Below are positions 12,671 to 26,018 of a DNA stretch of 64,000 nt, in pieces. Made by a program: the position numbers and the translations under genes. This DNA is from Squalus acanthias (taxonomy: Eukaryota): assembly GCA_030390025.1 (NCBI GenBank), contig CM059432.1:142602001-142666000 (forward strand). The letters are read 5' to 3'. The notes below the pieces were generated by a model that was given only the letters and a program-made list of their open reading frames with translations, made no database searches and was not told where the DNA came from. The stretch's first letter is position 1, and each line of letters opens with the position of its first letter.

Positions 12671-13982
12671 GACAGGCCAGTCAGTTTAACCTTGGTAGTG
12701 GGGAAGCTTTTAGAAACGATAATCTGGGACAAAATTAGCAGTCACTTGGACAAGTGTGGAGTAATTAAGGAAAGTCAGCATGGATTTGTTAAAGGCAAAT
12801 CGTGTCCAACTAACTTGATTTGAGTTTTTTGATGAGGTAACAGAGAGGGTTGATTAGGGCAATGCAGTTGATGTGGTGTACGTGGATTTCCAAAAGGCGT
12901 TCGACAAAGTGCCACATAATAGGCTTGCCAGCAAAGTTGAAGCCCATGGAATAAAAGGGACAGTGGCAGCATGGATACGAAATTGGCTAAGTGACAGGAG
13001 GAAGGTACACAGTGGTGTTCCCCAGGGGTCGGTACTAGGACCACTGCTTTTCTTGATATATATTAATGACTTAGACTTGGGTGTACAGGGCACAATTTCA
13101 AAATTTGCAGATGACACAAAACTTGAAAATATAGTGAACAGTGAGGAGGATAGTGATGGGCTTCAAGAGGGCATAGACAGGCTGGTAGAATGGGCGGACA
13201 CATGGAAGATGAAATTTAATGCAGAAAAGTACGAAGTGATACATTTTGGTAGGAAGAACGAGGAGAGGCAATATAAACTAAAGGGTTCAATTCTAAAGGG
13301 GGTGTATGAATTGTTGAAGGTAGCAGGGCAGGTTAAAAAAGCATACGGGATCCTGGGCTTCATAAATAGAGGTATAGAGTACAAAAGCAAGGAAGCTATG
13401 ATGAACCTTTATAAAACACTGGTTCGGCCTCAACTGGAGTATTGTGTCCAATTCTGGGCACCGCACTTTAGGAAGGATGTGAAGGCCTTAGAGAGGGTGC
13501 AGGAAAGATTTACAAGAATGGTTCCAGAGATGAGGCACTTCAGTTACGTGGATAGACTAGAGAAGCTGGGGTTGTTCTCCTTAGAGCAGAGAAGGTTGTG
13601 AGGAGATTTGATAGAGGTGTTCAAAATCAGGAGGGGTCTAGACAGAGTAGAGAGAGAGAAACTGTTCCCATTGGTGGAAGGGTCGAGAACCAGAGGACAC
13701 AGATTTAGGGTGATTGGCAGAAGAACCAAAGGCGACATGAGGAAAAACTTTTTTACTCAGCGAGTGGTTAGGATCTGGAATGCACTGCCTGAAAGGGTGG
13801 TGGAGGCAGATCAATCGTGGCTTTCAAAAGGGAATTGAATAAATACCTGAAGGAAAAAAATTTGCAGGGCTATGGGGGAAGAGCGGGGGAGTGGGACTCG
13901 CTGAAGTGCTCTTGCAGAGAGCTGGCACGGGCTCGACGGGCCGAATGGCCTCCTTCTGTGCTGTTACGATTCTATGATTCTA
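12671..13982 (+). mobile_element. CR1 (HER1-like) LINE, 5' truncated, RT pseudo-ORF
   Basis: [27 protein letters not shown] motifs; stops and deletions; ATTCTATG tail. Confidence 0.92.
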
Positions 13983-16315
13983 GGTGGTTGTAGGAAAAGG
14001 GGTTTAAGGGATATGGGAACAGGACAGGCATAGGGTATTATGACTATTAGTCGTGTGGAAGCTAAAGACCACCACGGCCAGTTTCCATGTTGCAATTTCG
14101 ATGCAATTAAAATTCTGTTCCCTGGTCCTACACGCGGGGTTTAATTTGAAGAGATTTTCTGAATCTGTGCTCCCCATACTGTTTACTATCTTGCATATAT
14201 ATCTCTCTACCAGGCCAATTTCAGTTGCTTCCTATTAATGTCCTTCCCACAGCCACATTTCCCACCTGTAAAATCATGCCAGCGACTGGCAGCCTCAGCA
14301 TTTGACAATCTTTGACGGCTGTGGTTGAATCAATAGATCCCCTTACCTGCTCTCTCTGCCAATGATTTCCATTAACGTTCAAAGCCATACTGTTTCTCCC
14401 AACAACAGAGACTTTCAGGCTGGACTTGCACCCAATTCTATAAATGCAATTTCTTCCTTTGCAAACGCCCCCTGGAGGGTTTTGGAACTAGGGTTTCCAA
14501 GTGCACTTGCCAGTACTCAGAGCTACATTGCCACTTCTGCACATCCAAAACTGATTAGCATCGATGTAAAAACTGGCAGCATAAATGCATCCTAAAGAGG
14601 CTTTTGAGAATTAACTTGGGGGTGCGGGGTGGGGGGGAGGAGACATTACAGTCAGGCTGCTCCCCACCCTCATAGCAACACGCTTCCTCGCAAATTCACT
14701 GTACCTGAGCCGCTGTTTGGAGACAGGCCGTAAAAAGAACCTTATTCGTGATGCGCTGCATCGCTAATGGTTTTGTTCTCTTTCTCAGCAGTCAATCAGT
14801 CAGATTACTAAAACGCCAAAACAGTAACAGTGCAGGCAAAATGATATATGTTCCAATCCTCATTAGGTTGTGGATAAATTGGAATATATCTATTCTTAAT
14901 TTTACTGTGATTCTCCTTTGATTACAACATATTGACATGCATTACATCCATGGTATAGAGTACAACCTAGTACAAAACATAGTAAATTGTCGTAGTGAGT
15001 GAGGTTCACTGAGTGGCCCAGGTTGTGGAGAGCTGCGGAGACCAATTCCAGGTAGTGGCTGTGGCACTAGTGCACACTGTTGTGTCAGTACTTGTGCCAT
15101 GCTTAGCTGTACCAGAAAACCTTCGACAGATATCCTGTTTGGTAGGATGGAACACACTCCAGGTGCTTGGTGTGCAACTTAGATGGAGGCTGCTTGTTGA
15201 CATGCCAGACATGGCACTAACGAGGGGTCTGGGACGGGGGGTTACTCTTGGTTTAGCCTCACCTCAGAAAATACGCAGAATTCTTGGACCGGACTAACTT
15301 CCTTTGTGCTTCAATTCACACTGACTGTTTTTTGGTGTGTGAGGAGTCTCCATTGGCCACCTTCAAAGCAAAACAGTGCAAATGAAAGATGTTTAATTGA
15401 GCAAAAAGGAAGGGAAAGTGTCTCTTCCCCCTGAAAGGAGAACAGTCCTTTCAATAACATAATTACTGCATTTGAAACTGTTTATCCATCTATTGCAAAC
15501 TTGTCTTGTTTGGACTGAAACACGGCTAATTCATGGCACTTTCAAAGGAGTATTTCTGCACACAAGGGTGCTTCTCAGTCATGTGAAGCAGCACATAATT
15601 TGTGTTAAAACACTGTTAAATAGTGCAAGCTGTTTAGCAAAGAAAGGTCCTACTTCAGGTATGCAGAAACAAGTCAAAATGAGTCCAAAAACACTCAAGC
15701 ATTCTGACTGACGACACAACAGATCAGACTGAATGTAGCACTCAAGTTATCCAGACTGAAACAAGACAATATTCCAATCGCACTGCCTTTTGTCAGACAC
15801 CAAGCTGTGTTTCCCCACTGCCGCCACCTATATTTATATGTTTGAAACTGGCATCCTCTGCATTTACCAGCGAGCCAGAAATCACTGCAGTTTCCAAACG
15901 ACCACTACCACAAACTTAAAACTACACTCAACTCTTGACATTTTAAAACCTTTATTTCACACATTTGATGGCGTTTTGCCCATTTGGAGAAAAACATAAC
16001 GGCTGTTCTTTCTGTGGACACGTGCCCACTGCGTGTGTATTCCAAGTAGTCTAGACAAATATTAATTTATAATATACTGCAAATACCCTTTTAATATAAC
16101 AAATGTTATCAGTTTTTACATCTCATTCCATCCCACAGTATAACAGAGATGAATATTTTTGCCAAGGCAAAACATGTGTCTTCTATTACTTTCTCCAATA
16201 TTGTAAAACATATTTTATTATGCAAGATATTAGAAATATGTTTCTAGTGGAGTAATGTAATGATAACTATCTTCCACATTATCTGGATCTGTCTACATTC
16301 ACCATTCAAAGAAAA

Positions 16316-16416
16316 AGACTTGCATTTCTATAGCGCCTTTCACGACCACCGGATGTCCCAAAGCACTTTACAGCCAATGAAGTACTTTTGAAGTGTAGTC
16401 ACTGTTGTAATGTGGA
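16316..16416 (-). mobile_element. SacSINE1-like SINE 3' fragment
   Basis: Tail similarity. Confidence 0.7.
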
Positions 16417-17530
16417 AAGACACCTTCATCACATGTAAAAGGCTGGGCCAATGCTTCAGCAACTTTATCCAGTTGAGTAGCTGACCCAGCGAGACCAGTA
16501 AAGATTTGAATCCTGCTGTGCGCTGGTATAGCTGAACCGCTTATAGGCTGGTGGCAGCACGTTAAGAACATAGAGGACCAGAAAAGACCACTGCAGCCCA
16601 TCTGGTCGGTCCAGATGTTGGCAGGGGCACTACAGCTGGTGCACAACTGGGTTAGGAAAGAGAGAATCAGTCAAAGCTTCTGACCCTGCTGACTGCCCAG
16701 CAACCCCTGCCGGGAGGGCGCTCCCAGAAGACTGAGGACAGGATTGTGCTGTCCAATACCAGTCCCTGTGGAACCAGTACCCCAGTAAGGAGCCAATGGT
16801 TTCAGGTGAGGAGGTGGTGTGAAAAAATATCTAAATTTTCATCCAAGGCTTTGGTGCTCTTGGGTTTGTTTCAACTACTAGTCAATCTACTGTGGCATCG
16901 CATGTGGGGAGTCAGGACAACGTGAACTGGGGCTAGAGGGTGGGGGATAATTGGGCCAGGGTGCGCAGATGTAATTCATTTTAAAGTCACATTCTGTCCT
17001 TATTTATATATAATATTTGGATTTTAAATTAACAGTTAAATATCCCCCTCTGTGGCTGCCCCCATATTCCCCTCCCATCCCCGCTCTGGAGCTATTCCTT
17101 CTCCCCCTCCTATCCCTCTGGGTACCGGCCCTCTGTTCCCCTTCCACCAACCCACCCGACTATGGTTGCTCCCCAAGCCCTTGCTGTGACCGACCCGCTC
17201 CCACTGAGTTTAAATCAAAATATTTCATTTAGACGGATTTAAAAACTATGGAGATTTATACGAAAACAAACCCTTATTATTTCTGAGAAATCAGTAACTA
17301 GGGGATATAGCCACTGTTGCATTTGTCTGAGATAAAATAGAGTTAGAAATTGTAAACATTCTAATCACTGATGTGACAGAAGGGAGGAGGAAGGGGAGTG
17401 TCTTTCCACACCTTAGTTAATTTTTTCGAAAAAACATGAGTTGAATTTTGAAAGCAGACCTAAAGCCTATGATTATCACCTGGGTTTTGTTGGTTACAAA
17501 ATTTAATATTCCAATTAGTAACAGCTGTAG

Positions 17531-17706
17531 TACACACACGCCCCACACAGACACACACACGCCCCGCCCCCCCCCGCACACGCGCCCCGCCCCACGCACA
17601 CCCCCCCCCACGCACACACACAACACAGACAGACACTCACACACACACACACACACATACACACACACACACACACAGACTCTCTCTCACACACACACAC
17701 ACACAC
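17531..17706. repeat. Imperfect (CA)n / C-rich microsatellite
   Basis: Direct reading. Confidence 0.9.
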
Positions 17707-18939
17707 GTAGTTCCTCATCTTAATAAGAGTTCTTTTTTAAAGCAAGAGTCAAATTTTAAAAGCAAATTGAAAAGCTCAAATTATCACATTTTGTTGATAG
17801 TAATTAGAATGTTTCCATTTTCTTACAGCTACGGGAGTGGGGAATAGCAAGAGAGTGTGCAGAAACAAACTGAAAGACAAAGAGAGACAGAGTTACCTGT
17901 CCAGGAACCGATCACAAAGCCCCGAATTTGAAGTTTACAGAGATTATGTAGAAAGTCACAAACCAGTACATGGGCTTCACTCCACCGCCTCCCCCTCACT
18001 ACCTCACCCTGTACTGTCAGATCTTCCTCCTCCCCTCACTGCTAACTGACACCAGGAATCAACCCCAGGGTGTGCCAAACCTCACCCCCTAGTCGAGCCA
18101 CACCTCAGGTTCGGCTCCCACAGGTCTGCCAAGCCCCAGGTTACCCCGCCACAGTAATGCCAGATCAAAAGGACCTCCGCACCCCACACACTGCTAAACC
18201 CCAGCAGCCCCCACCCTTGCAGTACTGAAATATCAGAACCCCAGTCTGTCAAACACCAGGACTATTCCCCAGTGCTACCAAAGTACAGGATTGCGACCAA
18301 ATGCAGCTAAAGCGCTCACCATCTCCCCAGCACTCCGACTTACCAAATATCTACCTCAAACTTGTACATTTTGTATATCATCTTGCTGTGGCAAGGGATA
18401 AATAGGTAAAGGTATACACATTAACAAAGGCTGCTCGTTTACAGTTTTCACAGAACAATGGACAGCTGTGGAATTCAATCCCAAAGAACTAGTAAAAATT
18501 CCAAAATACTATTTAATAAAAATGGAATTTGACTCAGTCACTTTAAACCCTTGCCCTGATGTTATGCATTACACACCATTACTGAATAATACTCTCCAAC
18601 ACGCTGCGACTAATGAAATGGGAGATTGACTCGTGACATTAAAAAAATTGAAGACATAACCAATTTCAGATTTACTTATTGTTTTTTCATTTCTGCGGGT
18701 AGGAATAAGTGACAGCAGAGGCTCAGCATTGCAGAAAATTGATGAAGTGGAACTGCGGATAATGTACTCTGACTTTTTAAACACTTGGTATTAATGCTCA
18801 TTTCAATTATGCATTTGTGCCGTATAAAGGGCCTGCACACAGTGACACTTTCTGATCCACGGCCTAAATAAAGACTTAAAATTAAAATACTCATACATGT
18901 GCTTCTACAAGGCCCATGGGGATCGCGGGGAACATGCAT

Positions 18940-19958
18940 GGTGTGTGGAGGAAACACCATTTTGAAGGAGGAAGATGATTCTACAAGGCAAGTCTTGATC
19001 ATTCTTTTCATTCAACATCCTCCACGCACCACTGAAGACCAACCCTTTAGTACCTAGGGGTAGGAGCAGTGAACTCTTGTGTGGTAGCAGAGGCCACAGC
19101 ATTCCGGACAGGTCTACCAAAGGCATCATCACTCATGGTTGCCTAGCCCAACCAACAGCGTTAGGTAAATGTATGAGTTAATCCATGTGGCAGTGTTACA
19201 AAATCTATAATATAGATACCTGCTTCAAGGATGTCTAAGCAGCAGCCGTATTATACTATCCAATGGATAGAATGTCAGGCTACCTAGCTTGTACCTTGAA
19301 ATGCTATGGAATCCTCCACACAGCATAGGAATATAGTTTGAGGCCCTCGTTTCACACCAAGAGCCAGAAATGGAGCAAACATGCAGATAAACATTTTTCT
19401 GCAAACGGAGCCATCCTCCACGCTGTATTGTCTGCAGTCTTTGAGCAAAAGCAAGGTAGTTGGCAACTGTCCTGTGTTGCAAAGAGGTCAACCATAAGGC
19501 AGCCCCGGTTTGGAACATTTGTAGATGACACGTGAGCTGATCTTCCACTTGTAGGGATGGACTACCAGAAGGTTGGGAGTGTCTCTCGTGGTTCAGGTAC
19601 CAATGGGAAAGACAGGTCACTTATTGATAGAGGGACTCAATGGGTCCCATCCTGATGGAGCAAAGAACCATCATGTGGTTTTCAGAGGCATGCCAACTTG
19701 CCCTGAAGAGTTTGAAAATGGTCCCAAGTTGTTTGAAACAAAGTTGCCCGTGGTAAGGAAAAACAACTGGTTTTGACAGATGTGCAGGGCTTTCAACCAG
19801 TGTGCGAGTGTGAAGTGCAATTTGGTTCAGTGCTGTCTGCCATTATCAGCCGACGTCAAACAACCGCGAGGGGGCATCGTCCACCAAAATGTCATGCAGC
19901 ATAGCAGTGTGTGAAGGATGCTGAATGAGGAAAAGAATCGTCAGGAAATATCTTGTCA
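18940..19958 (-). mobile_element. Decayed, internally deleted DIRS1-like tyrosine-recombinase retrotransposon
   Basis: Frameshifted peptides VDLFATQDSCQLPCFCS..MFAPF (post-RNase H region) and CNTATW..HTF..SDDAFGRPV (recombinase C-terminus); inverted match between 18980-19030 and 19908-19958 like an ICR/terminus pair. Confidence 0.65.
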
Positions 19959-20344
19959 ATGGAGATCAGGTGAGCTCAACAGATGGGAGATCGTGGGAGA
20001 CACAAGTGCAAAGGAATGAACAGTCTCCCGGGCTTTCTGGGGCGAACCATCTGGAGAACGCCAGCAATTAAATCACCAGTGGCTTTAATTCTACTTCTGT
20101 CAGAGAGGGTGTTTCTACACCTTCAGGAAACAGGAACTCTGTAGTCCACTGCCACCTCCAAAACCATCAAAGCAGAGAGGAAGGGGCAACATGGATCCCA
20201 TGATGTGCACGGAAAAACATTTGGAACTGTAGTGGGAAAGAGGCAGCATGGAGAAGGGGACAACAAACTTCACATCAGCCTGAGAGACACTGCAACTGTC
20301 CCTATGACTTCGAACCCTTTGTACCACAACAAATTACATGTATA

Positions 20345-20585
20345 GGAACATAGAAATTGCGAGACGAAGAAAGACCACGGTCCATCTCGTTCACCTACCA
20401 TCCTGGTAGTCGCTCGATACAACGATAATGGAGTTGTTGACTAATCACAGCAATCAATCTCTGTCAATTAGTCTACAACAGACCCAGACATGAGGTGAGG
20501 AAAACCACAGTGGAGGAGAGCTTTGGCAACCGTCAGTTCAAAGTCACCCGTTTCTCTGAAACATGCTGCACTTACACATAATGAC
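20345..20585 (-). mobile_element. CR1 3' UTR fragment
   Basis: Reverse-complement similarity to 34730-34965. Confidence 0.65.
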
Positions 20586-20991
20586 ATGTTCCGTGCCTGA
20601 TACTGTATCCCAAAATATTATTCCTTGTGCTAATCGGAAGCTATCGAAACATTGCCATCAACAGAAACAGGTTTTGTCTTTTTTATTTATACCACTAAAC
20701 TGGCCAGGCATAGAAAAGGAGGACAATTAAAAAAATTTTTTTAGTAAACTAGCTAAGGACTTGCTACTTAATAATAAAAATCATTGCTTCAAAGCTCCCA
20801 CTGAAAAAAATGGTGGACTCCCCAACTCAAGTTACAGGTCTCATTACCAGCCTGTATAAAATGGCTCTGCCGCATCGTTTAAAACTGCACTAAAAAAAAG
20901 AACTGAGAGTTTCGAACAGGCTCGCTGACCTCCGAGCGAGATTAAAATATGTTGAATCTTGAAAAGCAGATACACAACCAGATGCATTAAT

Positions 20992-21755
20992 GGCCCAAAA
21001 ATTCGGCTGAATACGGGAGAGTACAAACTGTGTACTCTCGCGTATTCAGTCCCGAAGTGCCGGTTTCCTGCATGCACTGCGCATGCGCGGGAAACCGGCA
21101 CTTCTGGTATGGCGAAGGGGGCGGTTCCTAAGTGAACCGCGTGCACGCTAGAGGCTGTGCGCACGCAGCACACTTAGGTTTTTTTTCAGGTTTCAACGCG
21201 AAGGTAAGTATGGAAGATTTTACACATGAAGAAAGGAGGCGTAAGACCCCCTTTTAACAAGGTAAGTAGTTAATTAAGTATTATTTTAAAATTTTTTCAA
21301 CAGGTTTATCTTTTTTAGAGACTTTAAAGAAAGGTAAGTTTATTTTTATAACTTTTAAAAAGAATTTAAATTTTTTCAAAAATTTAAATTTTTGTTTAAA
21401 GTGGTTAATTTATTTAACTATAGTTATTTTATTAATGTGATGGGTTTTTAAAAAATTTATCTGAGGTTTAGCTGTTCTTTTGGGGGCAATTTGTATTCAT
21501 AGTTTTGACAGTTCTCCTGTCAAATCTATGAATGAAAGATGGTGTGCTGCCATTGGCTCTAACTGGCCCACGTGATCCCAGAGGTCGCATCGCACTAACT
21601 GCGCCTCTGGGACACGCACACACTGCGCGCCGGCACCAGGGAGAGGCCCAGGACCCGAAGTTCCTGTGGGCCCGAAACACAACGGCCGGCGCGGAGTGTG
21701 ATATCGCGGCGGATCCTTACCCCCGCGGCAAGCCTCCGAGTCAAATTTCTGGGCC
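20992..21755 (+). mobile_element. PIF/Harbinger-like MITE, copy 1
   Basis: Termini GGCCCAAAAATT...AATTTCTGGGCC; AAT TSD at 20989-20991 and 21756-21758; no ORF. Confidence 0.8.
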
Positions 21756-23411
21756 AATATATTTACTGACACAGAGTAAACTATTGGACCTTCTTTTAAA
21801 AAACACTTTTTTTTTTTGCAGATGACTTGCCAAAATATAATCAAGGGAGTGCAGTCTGCTAACGGCTTTTATTAGTGGCATTTTCCTCGCTTTCTGGCGC
21901 ACAGGTTTTTTTTCTCAAATCTGTCTGTTTACTTTGCTGCAGCTGCCAACATGGAAACTTAATATTCCGAAGCAACACCATGTACTGGCAAACTGACACA
22001 TCAGAAGAAACCATTACAAATTTCTCACTGTGCCAAAACAAACAAGGCAAAAGGTCTCTGTTTAAAATCGTGCAGTGTGTTATTCTGCTACTACGGCTTC
22101 ATGTCCCTTATGGAAATGATTACCAGCAGGTACCTAACGTCTGAACCATTTCCAACACCCAATAATTTATTAAACAAAACTGAACCTAACTGCATACTAA
22201 GGAATCCACAAAAAACAAGAGACTGCGATTCCAGGATTAAAATGACAAGACAGAATGAATAGGGGGCGTTTTTGTCTGTTACACATCCACAAGGTAGTTG
22301 ACACACTATTACGGCAGATGTTGCCCAACTGCAGATCTGAAAGAATACCAGGAGGTAATCCATCTTCATATAAATCCTGGCCGATAACACGCATTTCATG
22401 CAACTTCTGAAGTACTGTGTTTTATTTGGCAGTTTGTTTTGATCCCTTCATCTCTTCGCATCTATTTAATCAGCCTACACTCCGCATACCCGACAGGTAA
22501 GAAAGTTAATCCGAGAATGCAAAGTTCAATCTCTTCCTGCCCCTCACCAATCACTAGGTTCAAATGATGACTAAAAAGTGAACCGTTCACATGCAAGCAA
22601 CATGATTCCCCTACTTTCTCTCACCCAAATTAACCCCAGTGAGCAGAATTTTAATTACTTGAAATGAGGTAACTGAACAGCATCAGCATCAAGCAAATGG
22701 TATTTCAATCAGCGACCCAGGATTACTGCAATCCTGTGGAGAGGGAAGTGAGAAACAAACCCTTATTCATGCTACACAGTTAGTATCTTTATATTTTTCC
22801 AGCATTTTTGGCCCGACCACATTGTGAATGCGTGACACCAAAAGTACAGACTCCTGACTTCCATGGCGCTGAGGTTAGGAATAGCTTTTGTGCCATTTTG
22901 TTAAGAACAAAGAGGAAGGAGACAATGTAATTTAAACTTCTGGAGTAGTTTGTTGCACTGTGAATCATTCAGTTTCCATTAACCCCCAACACCAATCACA
23001 CAAATTAATCATGGCCCTGTGTCCTTGGCCCAGTAGGAGAGACACTTCCATCAATGGTATCTCCATCAATGTGTTGACTGCTCTTGTGGGTGAGTCAGGG
23101 TTTGGGCAGGAGCCTCAATAATGGCTCTCACTCCTGACACCAAGTGACCAAAAAAAACCTGGCAAACTCTGTTGAGCCGAGATGATGAATGAAGGCTGAG
23201 AGTTGAACTTAGCTCTGCTCGTTAACAGTCTAACTATTCCAGCACTGTAGTAACGAAACTAAGACAGCTATTCAGTTTAAATACAATGGGAATCAGTTAA
23301 TACTGGAGGAGTTTTCTCCTCTCCATCAACCATCTATCCAGTAGCTGACATTGACTGTTAAACATGTTGGGACTCATTCCCACAAAATATATTGAACCCA
23401 TTTTTACTCAC

Positions 23412-23469
23412 TGTGTTTGTTGCATCTTCCTGCAAAATTGCATCATACATCTTGTTGGCATCTTCATAC
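23412..23469 (-). CDS. EMC2: EMC2 coding exon 5 (YEDANKMYDAILQEDATNT)
   Basis: TCTTTCTCAAG acceptor, GTGAGT donor, 58 nt; TPR helix similar to YDDAIQLYDRILQEDPTNT. Confidence 0.96.
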
Positions 23470-23830
23470 CTTGAGAAAGAGCAAAGCATGCGACTAGTTG
23501 GTCTTGTTACCTGATCAAGTGCTTAGTTGCAACAAATGTTCTTAGTTACCAAGTGGCAGGCTCAGATCACAATTTAATGCATCAACTCGCACTAGATGAC
23601 AATGACAAATGTGCAAGACCTTTTCCTTGATTTGCCAATTACCTGCTTCAAAGAGTTTAAAAGCAATTGTGGCCCCATTAAGTCCAAAGCTTGACGGTGG
23701 GGAAAAAATATTTTACACAAAGACATGTGAGAACATTTGGAAAATGAACTGTGCCCCTTTCATGTGTTTAACCTTTTCATAATTCCTCTTTCTTACCCTT
23801 CTGTAGCAAAATGATCAAGTTCTCAAGTAC

Positions 23831-23916
23831 CTTTCCAGGGATTCCAATCGCATGCCAGTCAATCGCTTCACTCGGTGGCTGCCTGGAAATTGTTTGCGGA
23901 GTTCGTGCAGACACAG
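23831..23916 (-). CDS. EMC2: EMC2 coding exon 4 ([29 protein letters not shown])
   Basis: CAG acceptor, GTACTT donor, 86 nt; conserved [15 protein letters not shown]. Confidence 0.97.
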
Positions 23917-25119
23917 CTGTGGACGGAGTAACACGTAAAGCAGTCACGTAAGTTTTGCAGGTCCCTCGCACACGTTTTTGCTAGTTACAATATACGGAGG
24001 GCCAACTAACATGGAGCTTTGAACATTTCTATGACCAGTAACAAATGATCCCATCTGTTCTCTGTAAACTAGGCCTTTACTAACAGGGTCAATAATAACT
24101 TAATGGTGCAAGTTGAGTCTGTTTTACTTCGGCCTATGATACAATTTAGTGTTATTTTCAAATACTCTCAATTTTCCCACTTGTCTTTGGTGCGAGAAAA
24201 CTTTGTATCACATAGAATCCATACACATACTGTACGCTCCTTCTTACCCATTAGAGCTGCTGTACTCGACAGGACTGATCTACTGCTGCAGTTTATTCTG
24301 TCCACCAATCAAATCTGTCAACTGTGCTTTATGACGAAAAAGCAAAATTCCAAAAGTATAGATTTTATAGGATGCTGGAGGACTTCTCTTTCACAAGTAA
24401 AGCCAACAATAAGTGTGCTTTGTGAACAGAATAAAAAATGTTATGCGATTATTTTATTTTTTTTTAAAAGCAGAGGGCGTAATTTCCTATTAGGTAGAGT
24501 AGGATGAGCAAGGTCAGGACACTTACACATATTGCATGAATGCTCATTTATTATACGTGAGGATGAAGGTGCATCATTTTACCATGCTCTCACATTCATT
24601 GTTTATGGTATAGATGCTGATACAGCATAATGCTGGCTTATAAAAATTTGATGGTAAAATGTTGCACATCAAATCAGCACAGTGAAATCCAGCTGTGAGA
24701 ATATCTCGTCTAAAATAACCCAGCATACACCCTAGCCCCAGTTTCCTTCCCATTAACCCTATACATAAAGCACGCCTGCGCGCTGTAAGAACTTCCTGCT
24801 CATGAGAACTCTCTTGGGAGACTCGAACATGCTTGTAGCAGCATGTCAATGCTACATTAACATGCGAACATTAACCACTGCCAGGCAGCTTTGTTTTTGA
24901 GCAATGAATGAGTAAGCATCAGTTCTGACCATCAGTGTGGTTCAGTATGAACCAGCCCAACCCTGCTTAGCCTGCCAGCCATGTCAAAGCTCTTAAATTT
25001 GCGACTGAAATAAACTGCGCCAATTCAGCTCTGGCCGGGCCACAAGTTTGTTCCACCTGTTTGTGCATTTCAGCCTATCTGCAGGGTTGAATTAAACACA
25101 GTACTCATAATTAAAAAAA

Positions 25120-25391
25120 TACGGGGTAGGACATTTAGGACTGAGATGAGGAGAAATGTCTTCACTCAGAGGGTGGTGAACCTGTGGAATTCTCTACCAC
25201 AGAAGGCTGTGGAGGCCAAGTCACTGAATATATTTAAGAAGGAGATAGATAGATTTCTAGACACAAAAGGCGTCAAGGGGTATGGGGAGAGAGCGGGAAT
25301 ATGGTATTGAGATAGAGGATCAGCCATGATCATATTGAATGGCGGAGCGGACCGAAGGGCCTACTCCTGCTCCTATTTTTCTATGTTTCTA
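25120..25391 (+). mobile_element. CR1 3' end
   Basis: FTQRVVNLWNSLP region and TTTCTATG tail. Confidence 0.85.
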
Positions 25392-25759
25392 TAAAAGGGC
25401 ACAAATCTGACTCATGGAAACGATCAATCGCATGTAAAGTAATGAAAACAATTACAAGGTATAGGCTAAAGAAATACCCAAGGGCAAGATCCTGCTGCAG
25501 AAACCTCCGACTTTTTAGTTTGAGGATGTTACCGATCGGAACAGGAGACCCTACAGACCCACGAGCCTGTTCCGCCATTCTATTAGATCATGGCTGATCT
25601 GTGCCTCAACTCCATTTACCCACCTTAGCTCTATATCCCTTGATATTCTTACCTAACAAAAATATACCCCTACCGAACAAAATAGTAGACCTCCATAGAT
25701 TTTCAGAAAGCCTTTCACAAGCTCCCACATGAAAGACTTGGAGGGGGTTCAGCAAACAC

Positions 25760-26018
25760 CTGGGTTCGAATCCGGCCTCGGGTGACTGTCTGTGTGGAGT
25801 TTGCACATTCTCCCCGTGTCTGCGTGGGTTTCCTCCGGGTGCTCCGGTTTCCTCCCACAGTCCAAAGATGTGCGGGTTAGGTTGATTTGGCTATGATAAA
25901 TTGACCCTTAGTGTTAGGGGGATTAAATACGTGGGGTTACAGGGATAGGGTGGGATATGTGTCGGTGCAGGCTCGATGGGCCGAAATGGCCTCTATCTGC
26001 ACTGTAGGGATTCTGTGA
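25760..26018 (+). mobile_element. HE1-like V-SINE, 5' truncated
   Basis: Near-identical to 44123-44365. Confidence 0.8.

Noticed and set aside
12873..13601. 242-aa RT ORF (and the 203/290-aa ORFs at 53711-55698) as functional genes
   Set aside because: Truncated, frameshifted or interrupted CR1 ORF2 remnants; the 290-aa ORF N-terminus is read from the MITE
14942..15297. Overlapping 68-94 aa ORFs on both strands
   Set aside because: No recognisable protein similarity or consistent exon structure
20150..20330. Possible DIRS ORF1 fragment on the + strand
   Set aside because: Only faint, frameshifted resemblance; cannot be supported without a search
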